The position numbers and the translations under genes were made by a program. Under the pieces are notes generated by a model. The model was not told where the DNA came from. It worked only from the letters and a program-made list of their open reading frames with translations, and did no database searches. A DNA stretch of 64,000 nt from Negaprion brevirostris (taxonomy: Eukaryota), in the NCBI GenBank assembly GCA_030324005.1, contig JARDVH010000073.1:52569169-52633168 (forward strand). The letters run 5' to 3'. Every line of letters starts with the position of its first letter. The stretch's first letter is position 1. Below, piece by piece: positions 1-13,067 of this stretch.

Positions 1-600
1 GTTTCAAGGTTCATAAGGTTGAACCTTATGAACCTTGGTTCATAAGATTACTATGAAAACTAAAATGAAGCCTGTCCTCTGTCTCAACAGGAAAAAGACA
101 ATCCAAGGAAAAGGCTATTTGACTGTTCAAGCCTGCTCCACCATTAAATAAGATGGTTGGTTTGATTGCTATTGTGCCTCAACTCCACTCCTGCCTGCCA
201 TCAATAATCCTTGACTCACTTGTCAGACAGCCTGCCTGACAATGTGTTCCCAGTTTCTACATGCTGTAATAGAACATCAAAGATTAACACTAAGAAATTT
301 CTTCACCCGTCTTCATACAATTAATCTGTAACTGTGCCCCAGAGATCTAGATACCCCCTCCTCCAAGAAGGGGGCTCTCAGAACCTACCTTGTCGTCAAT
401 AAGTTACTTTTACAATACTGATTTAAAATTAAACACCTACTAATAAAAAATAATTGCCACAAGATTCACATTTCTCCATGAAAAACTTCCTCTTAAAACT
501 AGCTAAAGAAAATGAAGCCAGTGCACTCAGGAATCAAGGTGGCAGAGAATTTTGAACTAAATTTAATGGAAATTTTCAAAATAACATACTGTATCCTTAC

Positions 601-695
601 CCTCTGAGTATATGGCATCCCAGGGTACTCTCTATTTGGAAAGGGTCCATACGTTCCATTGCCAGGAATGGGAATTCCTCTGTAGCCATCAAATC
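601..695 (-). CDS. CAPRIN2: Caprin-2 last coding exon visible in the window (gene continues off the left edge)
   Basis: acccag|(G)FDGYRGIPIPGNGTYGPFPNREYPGMPYTQR|gtaagg; 95 nt; phase 1/0; resembles GFDTYRGLPSISNGNY...REYSGAPYSQR. Confidence 0.9.
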
Positions 696-1589
696 CTGGG
701 TGATGAAAGACCATCACAAGCTTATTAGCATTAGACTTTCATTGAAACAGAATGCAACAGACTTGATGCAAGTGTGCAAAAGCAACATCAAGATATCAGC
801 ATTATTTCTGACAGGTCCCAGTAATAGACACCAAACATTTTTCAGATTTATTGAACAAATGTTTATTTATCCACCAGCTGCCTATGGGTCAGTTCACCAA
901 ATACCCAATGTCCCAAGGCTACAGAATTGTTTAAGCCATTAAACCTATCCCATAATAACCTGATTAACTTGCCCACAGTTGAGCAGAAAAGACAGACCAA
1001 ATATTGAATCATTTCATCAGAACAGAATTTGACTTGTTTGTTGAGTAATCATGCTATAAAAGCAGATTCAGGTCTCTGTTGGTAGTTGCTTCTGGGTTTC
1101 AATTTTTCATAACAGCACACTTAAAAACAAGCATTGAAAACTATATCCACTAGAGTGGCCCAACCTGGAAGAGTTGTGTTTCAAAAAAAAATTAAAAACA
1201 AAACTAAAAGCTGTCCAAAAGGTGATAGCAATTTGCAAACAAGACAAAAATGATGTTGAAGATTAGAGAAAAAGTTTAAAAATCTATACTAGCACATTAT
1301 ATCCAAATTTCTACAACAAACAGAGCAGTTGAAAGCTTGAAAACATTCTCCACTGCACAGTGCAGTCAAACCCAAATTCAAGACAGATCATTTCCTATGT
1401 TTTTGCCACTTGTGCCTCAAGGTTTTATAAAAATTTACATCTTTCCAGGCAGCAGCCATGAACTGGAAAAGCTCCGATTCAGTTTAATGGTACAATGCAT
1501 TCAATAGGTATCTTAATAGTCTGACTTCAGGAAGCGTCAGAGAGGACATGTCCATAGAGTTTAACCAACCCTGTCAATGTTGACAGGAG

Positions 1590-2180
1590 GTGAGGTAGAA
1601 ATGGTTGAGCGTTTAAATTTAAGTGTCCAGATCCATCCTGAACATTGGTGTGGAGAGACCCAGACAGATTGTCAATGCTACAAGGTGACCTGCCAACATC
1701 TCTAATTTCTCAGGAGACCAAGGAAGTTGGGCACGTCACTGACTCTCAACTTTGACAGATGCACCACAAAGCATTCTGTGGTTGCATCACAGCTTGGTGC
1801 AGCTCCTACTTGGTCCAAGACAGCAAAGAAAATTAAAGGGTCATGAATGAAGTTCAGTCTATCACTCAAACCAGCCTCCCATCCATTGACACTGCCTTGG
1901 AAAAAGCAGCCAGCACGATTAAGGACCCGACACACTCCAGACATACTCTTCCACCTTCCATCAGGAAAAAGATACAGGAGTCTGAGGACATGTACCAATT
2001 GACTCAGCTTCTTCCCTGCTGCCAAATTTTTGGATGGATGTACCTCATTAAATTGATCTCTACACCCTAGCTGTGACTAATTCTACATTCTCTCCTCCTC
2101 TATGTACAGTATGCTTTGTCTGTATACTGCACAAAACACTTTTCACTTACACTAATACATGTAACAATAATAAAATCAAA
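1590..2180 (+). mobile_element. Degenerate Rex1/Babar-like LINE 3' end
   Basis: Remnants of FLRRLRKF...FYRCTIESIL-type C-terminus; 3' tail aacaataataaaatcaaa. Confidence 0.6.
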
Positions 2181-3399
2181 CCTATTGTATTGTCCAGGAG
2201 TTGGCAAGCAGAGATGATTACACATGATGGATAATCAATCTTTACAATTCTAATACCAAAGAAGTGTAAAATACACACAATACCAGGCTGGTTAGGGACA
2301 GCAGAGTGTTTAAATCAAATGACTTGAAGGTATGAGTACCATGGCTATTAAAAACAATAGTTGTCCAAAGTTAGTCTTGTCCCTGGATCAAATTGAAGCC
2401 ATGACTGAAATTTCAGTGACTCCAAATTTGCTACACTAACTGCAATTTTCAATATTAAAAAAGTCTGCCTAATAAGATAGGTATTACTAAAAAGAGTAAA
2501 TACATGCATATGGTGTGTGGAGGTAGTCCCTACTGGAGTCAACTACATCATACTTCAGAGCTAGATAAATATCTGTTCCCAGTCAGAGACAAACACTTCT
2601 TACCTGTCTCTACATAAGAGATTTGTAGATAGCATGGCAGTGACTGGGTCTATTCACAGGCAACTTAAGGGTTGGTGGCATCTTGGCTGGTGCATGAGGG
2701 AGAATGCCACCAAAACCCTCAGGGCAAAATCTGCTGCCTTCACGGTACTGAAAACACTGATGCAGGCAACTATCAAGGCCCATCAACACAGGCACAGAAG
2801 ACGCTGCAGTCAATCACATCTCCAGTCATCTCAGCTTAGGAAGCCACAAAAAAAAAATGATATGCAGAACCATGAGGTTGGTTGAGCACAATCCATCACC
2901 ATTTTTATCAACTCCAATGCAGGTGTCTGTGTGCACACCTTACCAACTCTAGTTATATCTTGAAATACACATGTTCATGGTTCAACCAGCCATTATACTA
3001 GATCAAGTGAGCCAAGAAGAAACCAGAACTCTGGTAAAGCAGTTCTCCTTATTCCAATGCAGAACTGCTCTGGTTGGCATGAAGTTGTAGTAAAACAAGA
3101 ACTGCCAGTTAATATTGTATTTATACAAGTCCATCTTCCAAGATACTTTTCTCCCTCCTTTGGAGAAAGGACCACACACAATAAAGGTGGAAGATTTCCT
3201 GAGCTGATTCAGTCTGTTGAACCAGATCACAAATGCTCCTTCTGTGGCTAACAAGTTCTAATGTAGGGCCTAGAGATAGGAACACAACCACTCCACCAAA
3301 AGTCGTCCACTTGTCTTGAGCAAAACTCATGTAGGAGGGTCAGCTCTCTACAGGCTGCATATTCTTCTGTCACCCAGAGCATAAGGGGGGGGTCAGTTT

Positions 3400-5900
3400 T
3401 TCTATCAAGTTTTGCTTAAGAGTATGAACACTTTCCATAGAGCCACAAAGAACTGTCATAATCAAGATGGATAAATATGACAATAAATACATCCAAACAA
3501 ACAATCGTCCTTGACATTGACAAGATTGGTTAAACTCTATAAGGGCTTGACAAAGCAAATACTCCACAGGAGCCAAGCTCACTGATGAGGACTTGGGGGG
3601 GGGGGGGGTAGTGCTTTGGTGGGGGGATATCAAGGTGTGGAGAAATGCACCAGCAATGGTATGATTCAGAGTCTTTACACCTGCTGGAAAGTCAATAACT
3701 GAAGACAATGTTACACAGATGCACTCAATATGTAAACACTGGGAGACTAATATAATCACCACCTCCCAGAGCAGCAAGAGATATGATCAACAGGGAATGC
3801 TCCTCAGACCACAGGATGCTACATATCATGAAAATTTAGCCCCTCACCTAAAAAGAGCAACATCCCATCAGAAGTTACACTTCAGTAATTGGGGTCCTTC
3901 AGGTTCTGAAAACAACGGTCTTTGAAAATAAATTCAAGTTATGTTGAACAGCATGGTCAGAAAAGACACCAAGATTGGTTTGTGGAAAAATCATCCAGGA
4001 ACTGCTGTTATCAGACAATTTCAGCCTCGTTGAAAACCAAAGATACACCCACTGTTAAGAAATCCCAGCAAAGTGAAAAAGGAACCTGCAGAGGCTGCAT
4101 GGGATGCAAGGGCCAAACAAGCCAGAGAACTTCAAGACTATACTAATCAGCACAACATTTCCATAAAGTCCTGGACAACACATGTTCCTTTCCCTTGGCT
4201 GCTCACCTATTTTTAGCACTGTTAGGGAGAAACACAACAGCACTGGGCTGAGTATTTGTGTGTGCTTGACCACACATCCACCTTACATGGCACAGTACTG
4301 TTCAGCTTCTGGACTGGAAACCAGGTTGGTTTTCCAGGCCATTAGATCCCTATCTTCCCCCAGTGCAGACAGGATCTTAGGAAAGACCTACTAATCTGGG
4401 ACAGTCCAGTTAGCCAAACTCAATGTGGCCTTTCCCCAGGAGTTCATAGTTGCCACAACTGTTACAACCAAAGAGGAATTTTACTATGATGATTTTATCA
4501 TGTCCTCCGCAAAACTGTTAAGCTACATAGTAGAACATCTTCTGAATGTTAAAGTAGCTTCAGAAAAAGCAGGGTCACTGGTGACCAAATGTGGCACAGA
4601 TGAGAATCTACTGTGCCTATGAATCTGACAAAGGCCTTTGACACATGAAACAAATCAAAGTCTTTAGCTAAATTTGATGTTCTGCAGGAACTCCAATGTA
4701 ACAGCTTACAATGATTGCTGACTGTGGTAAATGCAGACATTTACAAAGGGGTCCCTTTAACACAAGCAGTATGAAGCAAGGATGGGTCATGATCTGTACT
4801 CATTCTTTGCAGTCAAAGAGGCATGTGATGGAACAAACATCCAATTCAGGACAGATGCCAATTTCCAACCTGTGGCTAATTTAATCCTCAATTTAAAAAA
4901 TGACAGGAATTGTTTACTAATTATTTGTGGCCTTATGTATACCAATCATGGTATTTGTGGATCATGAGACTGTTTTTGAAAAGTGGACGACTATGGGCAC
5001 TAATCAGCTTAAGGATGAACATTCTCCACAATTCTGGATTATATTCCAACTATTATAACTATTAATAACACTGAAGACGGTAGATAGCATCAATCACCTC
5101 TCCAGAAATGTCTGCATTGACAGTGAAGCGGCAAACAGAATTGAGAGCGCAAGCTCAGCATTTGCACATTTATGCAAGAGATTAAATGAATTACAAAACT
5201 TGCTGTGTACAAAAGTTATTGTACATCTATTTGCCACTACTTATGAAATGCTGATATTTCTGGAGATTGAGGTGGCTACAGTGATGTGTATCCTTTAGGG
5301 TTGGCAATGTGTTATAATAGCTGTGGTCATACCTACCCTCTGCCTGGAGAGATACANNNNNNNNNNNNNNNNNNNNNNNNNNNNNNNNNNNNNNNNNNNN
5401 NNNNNNNNNNNNNNNNNNNNNNNNNNNNNNNNNNNNNNNNNNNNNNNNNNNNNNNNACCTATTCCAGACATAAGCAGTTAGACAGGTTCCACACAATATG
5501 CATTTGTAACATCATAGGCATCTGGTCAAAAAGCCCAACACAAGTGCTTCAATTCTAGATATTTAAGCACCTAAAGAACTCAGCTCAGATGGGAGTGAAT
5601 ATGTACTGTGACTAAAAATCTCCAGAAGATAAAGTATTCATACAGAACTCCAAGGTAGACAAAAGATAAAGATTCAGGCAGGCCTCAGGAAAATATGGCA
5701 CTTACACCACAGATACCTGGAGTATCATCTCCAGTGAGATCACTACTTCAAAGAATACAGGCAGCCCCAAAGTGAATTGATCTTTGACCACATTGTAAAG
5801 CCAACTAGATCTACAACTGCACACGTCTCCACCTGAGCTGTGACTGACTGTGGCCTACATGGGCAGGCAAGGTGAGTTCCAGTCTTGATAGCATCAGATA
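3400..5900 (+). mobile_element. Heavily degraded RTE-clade LINE
   Basis: Ordered frameshifted motifs: KRHQDWF, NLTKAFDT, GTNIQFRTD, NRIESASSAF, YSRHKQLDRFH, QLRW. Confidence 0.7.
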
Positions 5901-6719
5901 AATTGAGAAGGCATACTGGAGTACACACTTACTAGTTCTCATTTACAAGAGGACAAGTAGCTGCATCAATTAACTACTTGCATCTTTGTTTCTAGTGGGC
6001 CCACTACCTCCCCTTTTCTCTATTTTGGGATAGTTGAATTTAGCTCTCCAAGTAGGCACAAGAATATCTGCCTAAATTGTGCTGGTACTTTGAGATCTGG
6101 GTGCGAGTCTTGTTTGGTAATGTTGCCACTATGAAAACTCTGCAATCTGTTGAACAATTTCCAATTCAAAACTAATGAAATTTACTGTTCCCTTCCAACC
6201 CATATAGGAAGAGGTCTGATGACTCTAATAAAAAAAGCTTGCTATTCATCACTTTTCACATTTTCAAGGGCTGACCTTAACTGCTGGAAAGCTTTTTGTT
6301 CTTATATGGCAAGTGGTACCAAATACAAATTCTTACTCATTTAAATTGAAGTTTAGCAAGTTAATCAATGTATCCAATCTTGTCAAATTAGGTACTTGTT
6401 TAATAAAACTTTGGTAATGTTCTTTTCCACCTTAGGTCTCATCTTGCAAAAATGTGGTTTCAACCACAACTTCCCCAATAGCTTTTCAGCATTTAGACCT
6501 GTAGTTTTGGGATAGCTGGACTCCTTTCTAAACACCTCAACATATTGGAGTTTGATGCCTTGATTTATTGCCATTGGTTTCCCTTCATTATTAAAAGATG
6601 GTTGTTTGTCTGCCAAGTAATCTGTGTTCTAATCTGGCTGTTGTAGCAGGTGGAGAAAGTATTCACCACAATTTAGAAGCTTGAACAACTATTAGGGATG
6701 TTTCAAACCCTGCAGGAAT

Positions 6720-7488
6720 TCTTCAGTGTAGGGTTCTGGACCAAACCATCAGCTGCTTCAGTGATCTTCTCTCCACTTGAAGACCAGAAATGAGGATATT
6801 GCACCATGTTCAGCAGCGTTCATGACTCAAATACTGAAGCAGTTTAGTGACAATATGCAACAGGAGGAGATGGACAACATTCAGACTTGGGCTGAAACAT
6901 GGCAATTTGCCACAAGTGCCAGGCAATGACTGTCCCTAACAAATTGAGAATCTAACCATCTCATCTTGACATTCAGGAACATTGCCATCACCTACCCCCA
7001 TAATCCACATCCTGAAGCTTACCAATGACTAGGCATAAAAACTGGCTACAAGAGCAGGGAGATTGGGAGTTCTGGGAGTGTAACTCACCACCTGACTCAC
7101 CAACCTGCATACCATCCACAAGATACAAGTCAGCAGTGTAATAGAAAAATCTCCACCCGGCTCTGTTTACATTCAAGCAGCTCAACACTATCCAGGACAA
7201 AGCAGCCTGTTGTTTGGCACCCCACCCACCAAAGCACAATAGCAGCAGCATGCAGCACCTACAAGATGCAGCACAACTTGCCAAGCCTCCTCCAACAGCA
7301 TCTTCCAAACCAGTGATCGCTACCATCTGGAAGACTCAATGGGAAACACCTAGCATCAAGTTATCCTCCAAATTACTCACCATCCAGACCTGGAATTCTA
7401 TTGCTGTTTCTTCACTGTCAAAATATTGGACGTCCCTTTGTAAGAGCATTGTTAATGTACCTTCACAACAGGGATTGCAGCAACTCAA
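6720..7488 (+). mobile_element. Degenerate CR1/L2-group LINE 3' part
   Basis: Remnants MQQ..DNIQTWAETWQ, TIHKIQVSSVIE, QLNTIQDKAACC; related copy at about 17410-18000. Confidence 0.6.
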
Positions 7489-10400
7489 NNNNNNNNNNNN
7501 NNNNNNNNNNNNNNNNNNNNNNNNNNNNNNNNNNNNNNNNNNNNNNNNNNNNNNNNNNNNNNNNNNNNNNNNNNNNNNNNNNNNNNNNNNNNNNNNNNNN
7601 NNNNNNNNNNNNNNNNNNNNNNNNNNNNNNNNNNNNNNNNNNNNNNNNNNNNNNNNNNNNNNNNNNNNNNNNNNNNNNNNNNNNNNNNNNNNNNNNNNNN
7701 NNNNNNNNNNNNNNNNNNNNNNNNNNNNNNNNNNNNNNNNNNNNNNNNNNNNNNNNNNNNNNNNNNNNNNNNNNNNNNNNNNNNNNNNNNNNNNNNNNNN
7801 NNNNNNNNNNNNNNNNNNNNNNNNNNNNNNNNNNNNNNNNNNNNCAATCCTAGCATTGGCAATCAGAAGGGAGTTGTCATGGACCAAAGCACTCAGCCCA
7901 TAACTTAAGATTTGGATTAAGATGTGCACTAAGATTGCAATAATTTGGAACAGTTGTGAGCAAGAGACAGAAACAGTCACATTAAAAGATGAGGAAAACA
8001 ATTGCTCAGAATGGAACCAACATAAAAGTGCTATATATTAGTTTCTACACAAAAACAAACTATTTTGTTCTTGGGACAGGGCAACCTATTCAGGCCCTCA
8101 AAAGGTCATTTCAATTAGAGCATAGCTGATCACAATTCTGTCCATCCACCTTGGTTCAATTAACCTGAATAATCTTCTACAAGCCTCAACTTTTAAAAAT
8201 CTCAACTGAGCCCTAGCCTCAATTAGGTTTTCAGTGACAAGCATGGCATTTTCCCACCACTTTAAAATAATTTTTTTGCCAGTACTCCTGAACATCTGAG
8301 CTCTAATTTAAGCCTCTGCTCCTACTTCTAGGCTTTCCTGAGGACATATTATCTCTCTCTGCCTATTGCTCCTTTACACCTCAGTCAGATCGTTCCTTAA
8401 CCCACTATACTGGAGCACATTCAAGCTTCCTCTATACAGTCTGCACATCCAACTCATTAGCTATGGTAGGCTGGTGAGTCTGCTTTTCATTCCTGCCAAG
8501 GTCAATTATTTTGACAGACTCTGCTGCCCATGACTGAATTCAGCAATAAAAAAAACAGGACTGAATGCAGAGCTAGAAACGTAACACCACTTTCACAACT
8601 TGAAGCAAGGTCCAAATTCCATTAGCCTTTATTTTTGTACCTGTCCAGGGATTTACCAACTTCTACTGGAGTGTCTCTGGTAGTCCACACCTCCCAGCTT
8701 CTGGTCCAAAGTTAATGACTTAATTGGAATGCTATCTGCCAGTTTTGATGTCTGCTTCAGTTACTCCAATTCAAGTGCTGTGAGCAAACAAGTATGATTC
8801 CATTCTTCTCCCAATGCATGAATGAAAAGCTAGGTATACTAGCACCTTACCCCTTTTGAGTACATATCCATCATTCCCATCCCCCAACCAATTCTCCAAG
8901 CCAACAGATTCACAAATGGAAAAAAGTGTGGAGAACCTGACTGAAGGCCTTTCAGCAGTCCACTTTGTATCAGGACTATCCTCACTGATGCATCATTAAA
9001 AAATTAGGTAAATGAGACAGGATCCTTTAAAATTAGATTATTTGAGAAATAATGTGATTTGAATGTTTAAATGTTCATTATATCCAACAAATTGCAGCAA
9101 TGTCCTCACAATTAGCATTGGACCTATATGTTTATAATCCTCAAGTGTCACTCCTACCTCCTCAAATAAAGGAGGTGACATTGACCCCTTATCTAATGCA
9201 ACAATTTCCTCACCTACTTTCAATACACTAGTGTAAAAGCCATCAGGTCTTGGAGATTAGTCTCAATGTTTCTCAACTTTAAATTACTAGTTCCTGTGTT
9301 TACTTTAACTTGTCCTGTATTTACCTATGAAGATTGATACAATGCAACTGTTTAGCAAGTCTGCATTTCTTGACCGTTAATCACATTGCTTGCATTAATG
9401 CCTCAATTTTAAGCCTCTTAAAATTTGAAAAAGCCTCCAGTGTTATCCTTGATAGGCCAAATGTAGAGGCTTTTTTTATTTCCGAATACTTTTTGGTACT
9501 TTACAGGGGCTCTATTTTGTATTTTTAAATATCATTTTGGTTAATATTTGCAAGTCATTTNNNNNNNNNNNNNNNNNNNNNNNNNNNNNNNNNNNNNNNN
9601 NNNNNNNNNNNNNNNNNNNNNNNNNNNNNNNNNNNNNNNNNNNNNNNNNNNNNNNNNNNNNNNNNNNNNNNNNNNNNNNNNNNNNNNNNNNNNNNNNNNN
9701 NNNNNNNNNNNNNNNNNNNNNNNNNNNNNNNNNNNNNNNNNNNNNNNNNNNNNNNNNNNNNNNNNNNNNNNNNNNNNNNNNNNNNNNNNNNNNNNNNNNN
9801 NNNNNNNNNNNNNNNNNNNNNNNNNNNNNNNNNNNNNNNNNNNNNNNNNNNNNNNNNNNNNNNNNNNNNNNNNNNNNNNNNNNNNNNNNNNNNNNNNNNN
9901 NNNNNNNNNNNNNNNNNNNNNNNNNNNNNNNNNNNNNNNNNNNNNNNNNNNNNNNNNNNNNNNNNNNNNNNNNNNNNNNNNNNNNNNNNNNNNNNNNNNN
10001 NNNNNNNNNNNNNNNNNNNNNNNNNNNNNNNNNNNNNNNNNNNNNNNNNNNNNNNNNNNNNNNNNNNNNNNNNNNNNNNNNNNNNNNNNNNNNNNNNNNN
10101 NNNNNNNNNNNNNNNNNNNNNNNNNNNNNNNNNNNNNNNNNNNNNNNNNNNNNNNNNNNNNNNNNNNNNNNNNNNNNNNNNNNNNNNNNNNNNNNNNNNN
10201 NNNNNNNNNNNNNNNNNNNNNNNNNNNNNNNNNNNNNNNNNNNNNNNNNNNNNNNNNNNNNNNNNNNNNNNNNNNNNNNNNNNNNNNNNNNNNNNNNNNN
10301 NNNNNNNNNNNNNNNNNNNNNNNNNNNNNNNNNNNNNNNNNNNNNNNNNNNNNNNNNNNNNNNNNNNNNNNNNNNNNNNNNNNNNNNNNNNNNNNNNNNN

Positions 10401-10557
10401 NNNNNNNNNNNNNNNNNNNNNNNNNNNNNNNNNNNNNNNNNNNNNNNNNNNNNNNNNNNNNNNNNNNNNNNNNNNNNNNNNNNNNNNNNNNNNNNNNNNN
10501 NNNNNNNNNNNNNNNNNNNNNNNNNNNNNNNNNNNNNNNNNNNNNNNNNNNNNNNNN

Positions 10558-10920
10558 TCCACCTGCAATGTCACTTCAAAGGGTATGCTATACTTATATT
10601 CCCAGATCCCTCTGTTCATCTGCACTCTTCAGAGTCCTACCATTTACCCTGTGCGTTCTACTTTGGTTTGTCCTTCCAAAGTGCAGTACCTCACATTTGT
10701 CTGTGTTACATTCCATTTGCCATTTTTCAGTCCATTTTTCTAGTTGGTCCAAATCCCTCTGCAAGCTTTGAAAACCTGCCTCACTGTCCACTACATCTCC
10801 AATCTTGGTATCATCAGCAAATTTGCTGATCCAATTTACCATATTATCATCCAGATCATTGATATAGATGACAAACAACGGACCCAACACCGATCCCTGT
10901 GGCACACTAGTTACAGGCCT
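10558..10920 (-). mobile_element. CR1/HER1 LINE reverse transcriptase fragment
   Basis: VPQGSVLGPLFVIYINDLD...SKFADDTKIG...LQRDLDQLEKW. Confidence 0.9.
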
Positions 10921-12904
10921 TCTACTTAGCTAGGTACTCCTCACTGAGCAATTCAGGTTTGTATTTTTCACAAATTTCAAGAAACTAGACAGAAATTTAC
11001 AATTCCAATGTTCAAACCAAAATTGCAGTGGAGTATTGCTTTAAAAGCAGCAATGATCTACATTACCTTAAAAAGTACTGTTGCATTTGAGAGCTTTGTA
11101 ACCAACATGCCCTACAATCTCAGCTTGATAACAAGCTAAGAAATTTTAGACAAGTTCCAAATTACAGGGGGTATAGAAGCACAGAAAACAGCAGTGGTCC
11201 ATGCTGTTGTCTTTTGCCCCAATGCAATTGGTGTTCCAGTAATGCATTTCACAACCGACACTTGCATGTATACAAAACCCCATTTAGAGACTGATGTGAC
11301 ATATGGAGACCCACTGAGCCATGTACTTAGTCTTTCCATCTGTAGGATTACTGGAAAATTGATTTCCTTGTTGCTTCAGCAATCAGATATGGATAGGCAC
11401 ATCATTTCAGCATGCAAATCCAGAACATTTTTTGGGATTACATCCAATTCCCCTCAGGCTGCTCAAAACACAATGTCCTGTTTGCATATGCCAGTGTGAA
11501 CCAAGCATAAGCCAGCAAACACTATGGTAACAATCAAGGTTTTCTGTAACATATGGATCAGTCAACTGAGCTCATTCCATACAAGAATGGAAGATCCAAA
11601 GGAAAAACAAAAGTGCAAAGTTGGGACTCATTGAGGTAAAATTTTGCTTGCGTATAGACAGGCCATTCAAGCTTTACTAGTCCAGGCCACTGTTTGTGCT
11701 TCAAAAGGAATCACTTCCCATGTAACCATAAGTATATCCTCCTGTCCCTCATGCTGCTCTTTGAATGACCAAGTACATGCAACTATTCCAAGGTAGGGGG
11801 TTGCCAATTCTATCACTTTTTGGATAATGAATTTGCTCCTCAGTTCAGTTGGATTTATTAATCTTATTTATGGCCATTAGTCCTGACCTTCCCACAAGTG
11901 GAAAATCTCATCAACCCTGGCAAATCTNNNNNNNNNNNNNNNNNNNNNNNNNNNNNNNNNNNNNNNNNNNNNNNNNNNNNNNNNNNNNNNNNNNNNNNNN
12001 NNNNNNNNNNNNNNNNNNNNNNNNNNNNNNNNNNNNNNNNNNNNNNNNNNNNNNNNNNNNNNNNNNNNNNNNNNNNNNNNNNNNNNNNNNNNNNNNNNNN
12101 NNNNNNNNNNNNNNNNNNNNNNNNNNNNNNNNNNNNNNNNNNNNNNNNNNNNNNNNNNNNNNNNNNNNNNNNNNNNNNNNNNNNNNNNNNNNNNNNNNNN
12201 NNNNNNNNNNNNNNNNNNNNNNNNNNNNNNNNNNNNNNNNNNNNNNNNNNNNNNNNNNNNNNNNNNNNNNNNNNNNNNNNNNNNNNNNNNNNNNNNNNNN
12301 NNNNNNNNNNNNNNNNNNNNNNNNNNNNNNNNNNNNNNNNNNNNNNNNNNNNNNNNNNNNNNNNNNNNNNNNNNNNNNNNNNNNNNNNNNNNNNNNNNNN
12401 NNNNNNNNNNNNNNNNNNNNNNNNNNNNNNNNNNNNNNNNNNNNNNNNNNNNNNNNNNNNNNNNNNNNNNNNNNNNNNNNNNNNNNNNNNNNNNNNNNNN
12501 NNNNNNNNNNNNNNNNNNNNNNNNNNNNNNNNNNNNNNNNNNNNNNNNNNNNNNNNNNNNNNNNNNNNNNNNNNNNNNNNNNNNNNNNNNNNNNNNNNNN
12601 NNNNNNNNNNNNNNNNNNNNNNNNNNNNNNNNNNNNNNNNNNNNNNNNNNNNNNNNNNNNNNNNNNNNNGTCCAAAATTAGAATGTCACCAAGCATCTCT
12701 TGGAATATGCACCATCTTTGATATACAGTTTGGGCAAGATGTTCTTGGAGAGTCAGTGCAGGCATCTTGGGCTGAATACCCTCCTTCTGCATTGTAGGGA
12801 TTCTATGATTCTATTCCATGCAGACTACAAGCCAGACTCAAAAGGGGTTAATATACACTTCAGATAGCAGTACCATTCCCAAATCGTGTACATAATTTTA
12901 ATAC

Positions 12905-13067
12905 CTGTTAAAGCATCTTGTGTCAGTGCATTTTGCAGAGACACGGGCTGAGGTGGAGTTTGAGTGCTAGCTGTTATCAAACTTTGATTAAAGACAGGGG
13001 AATATGGAGCATCAGATTTCACTTCCTGCTCACTTCTTGGAGGCAGAGGTGCATTCACATTGAACAC
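12905..13067 (-). CDS. CAPRIN2: Caprin-2 coding exon 15
   Basis: ttgcag|VFNVNAPLPPRSEQEVKSDAPYSPVFNQSLITASTQTPPQ...DALT|gtatta; 163 nt; phase 0/1. Confidence 0.92.

Noticed and set aside
6383-6616. 77-aa ORF faintly resembling a Gypsy pol linker
   Set aside because: Too degenerate to support without a search; no LTRs seen
7214-12797. Long ORFs of 200-430 aa in the ORF track
   Set aside because: Made almost entirely of X from N gaps
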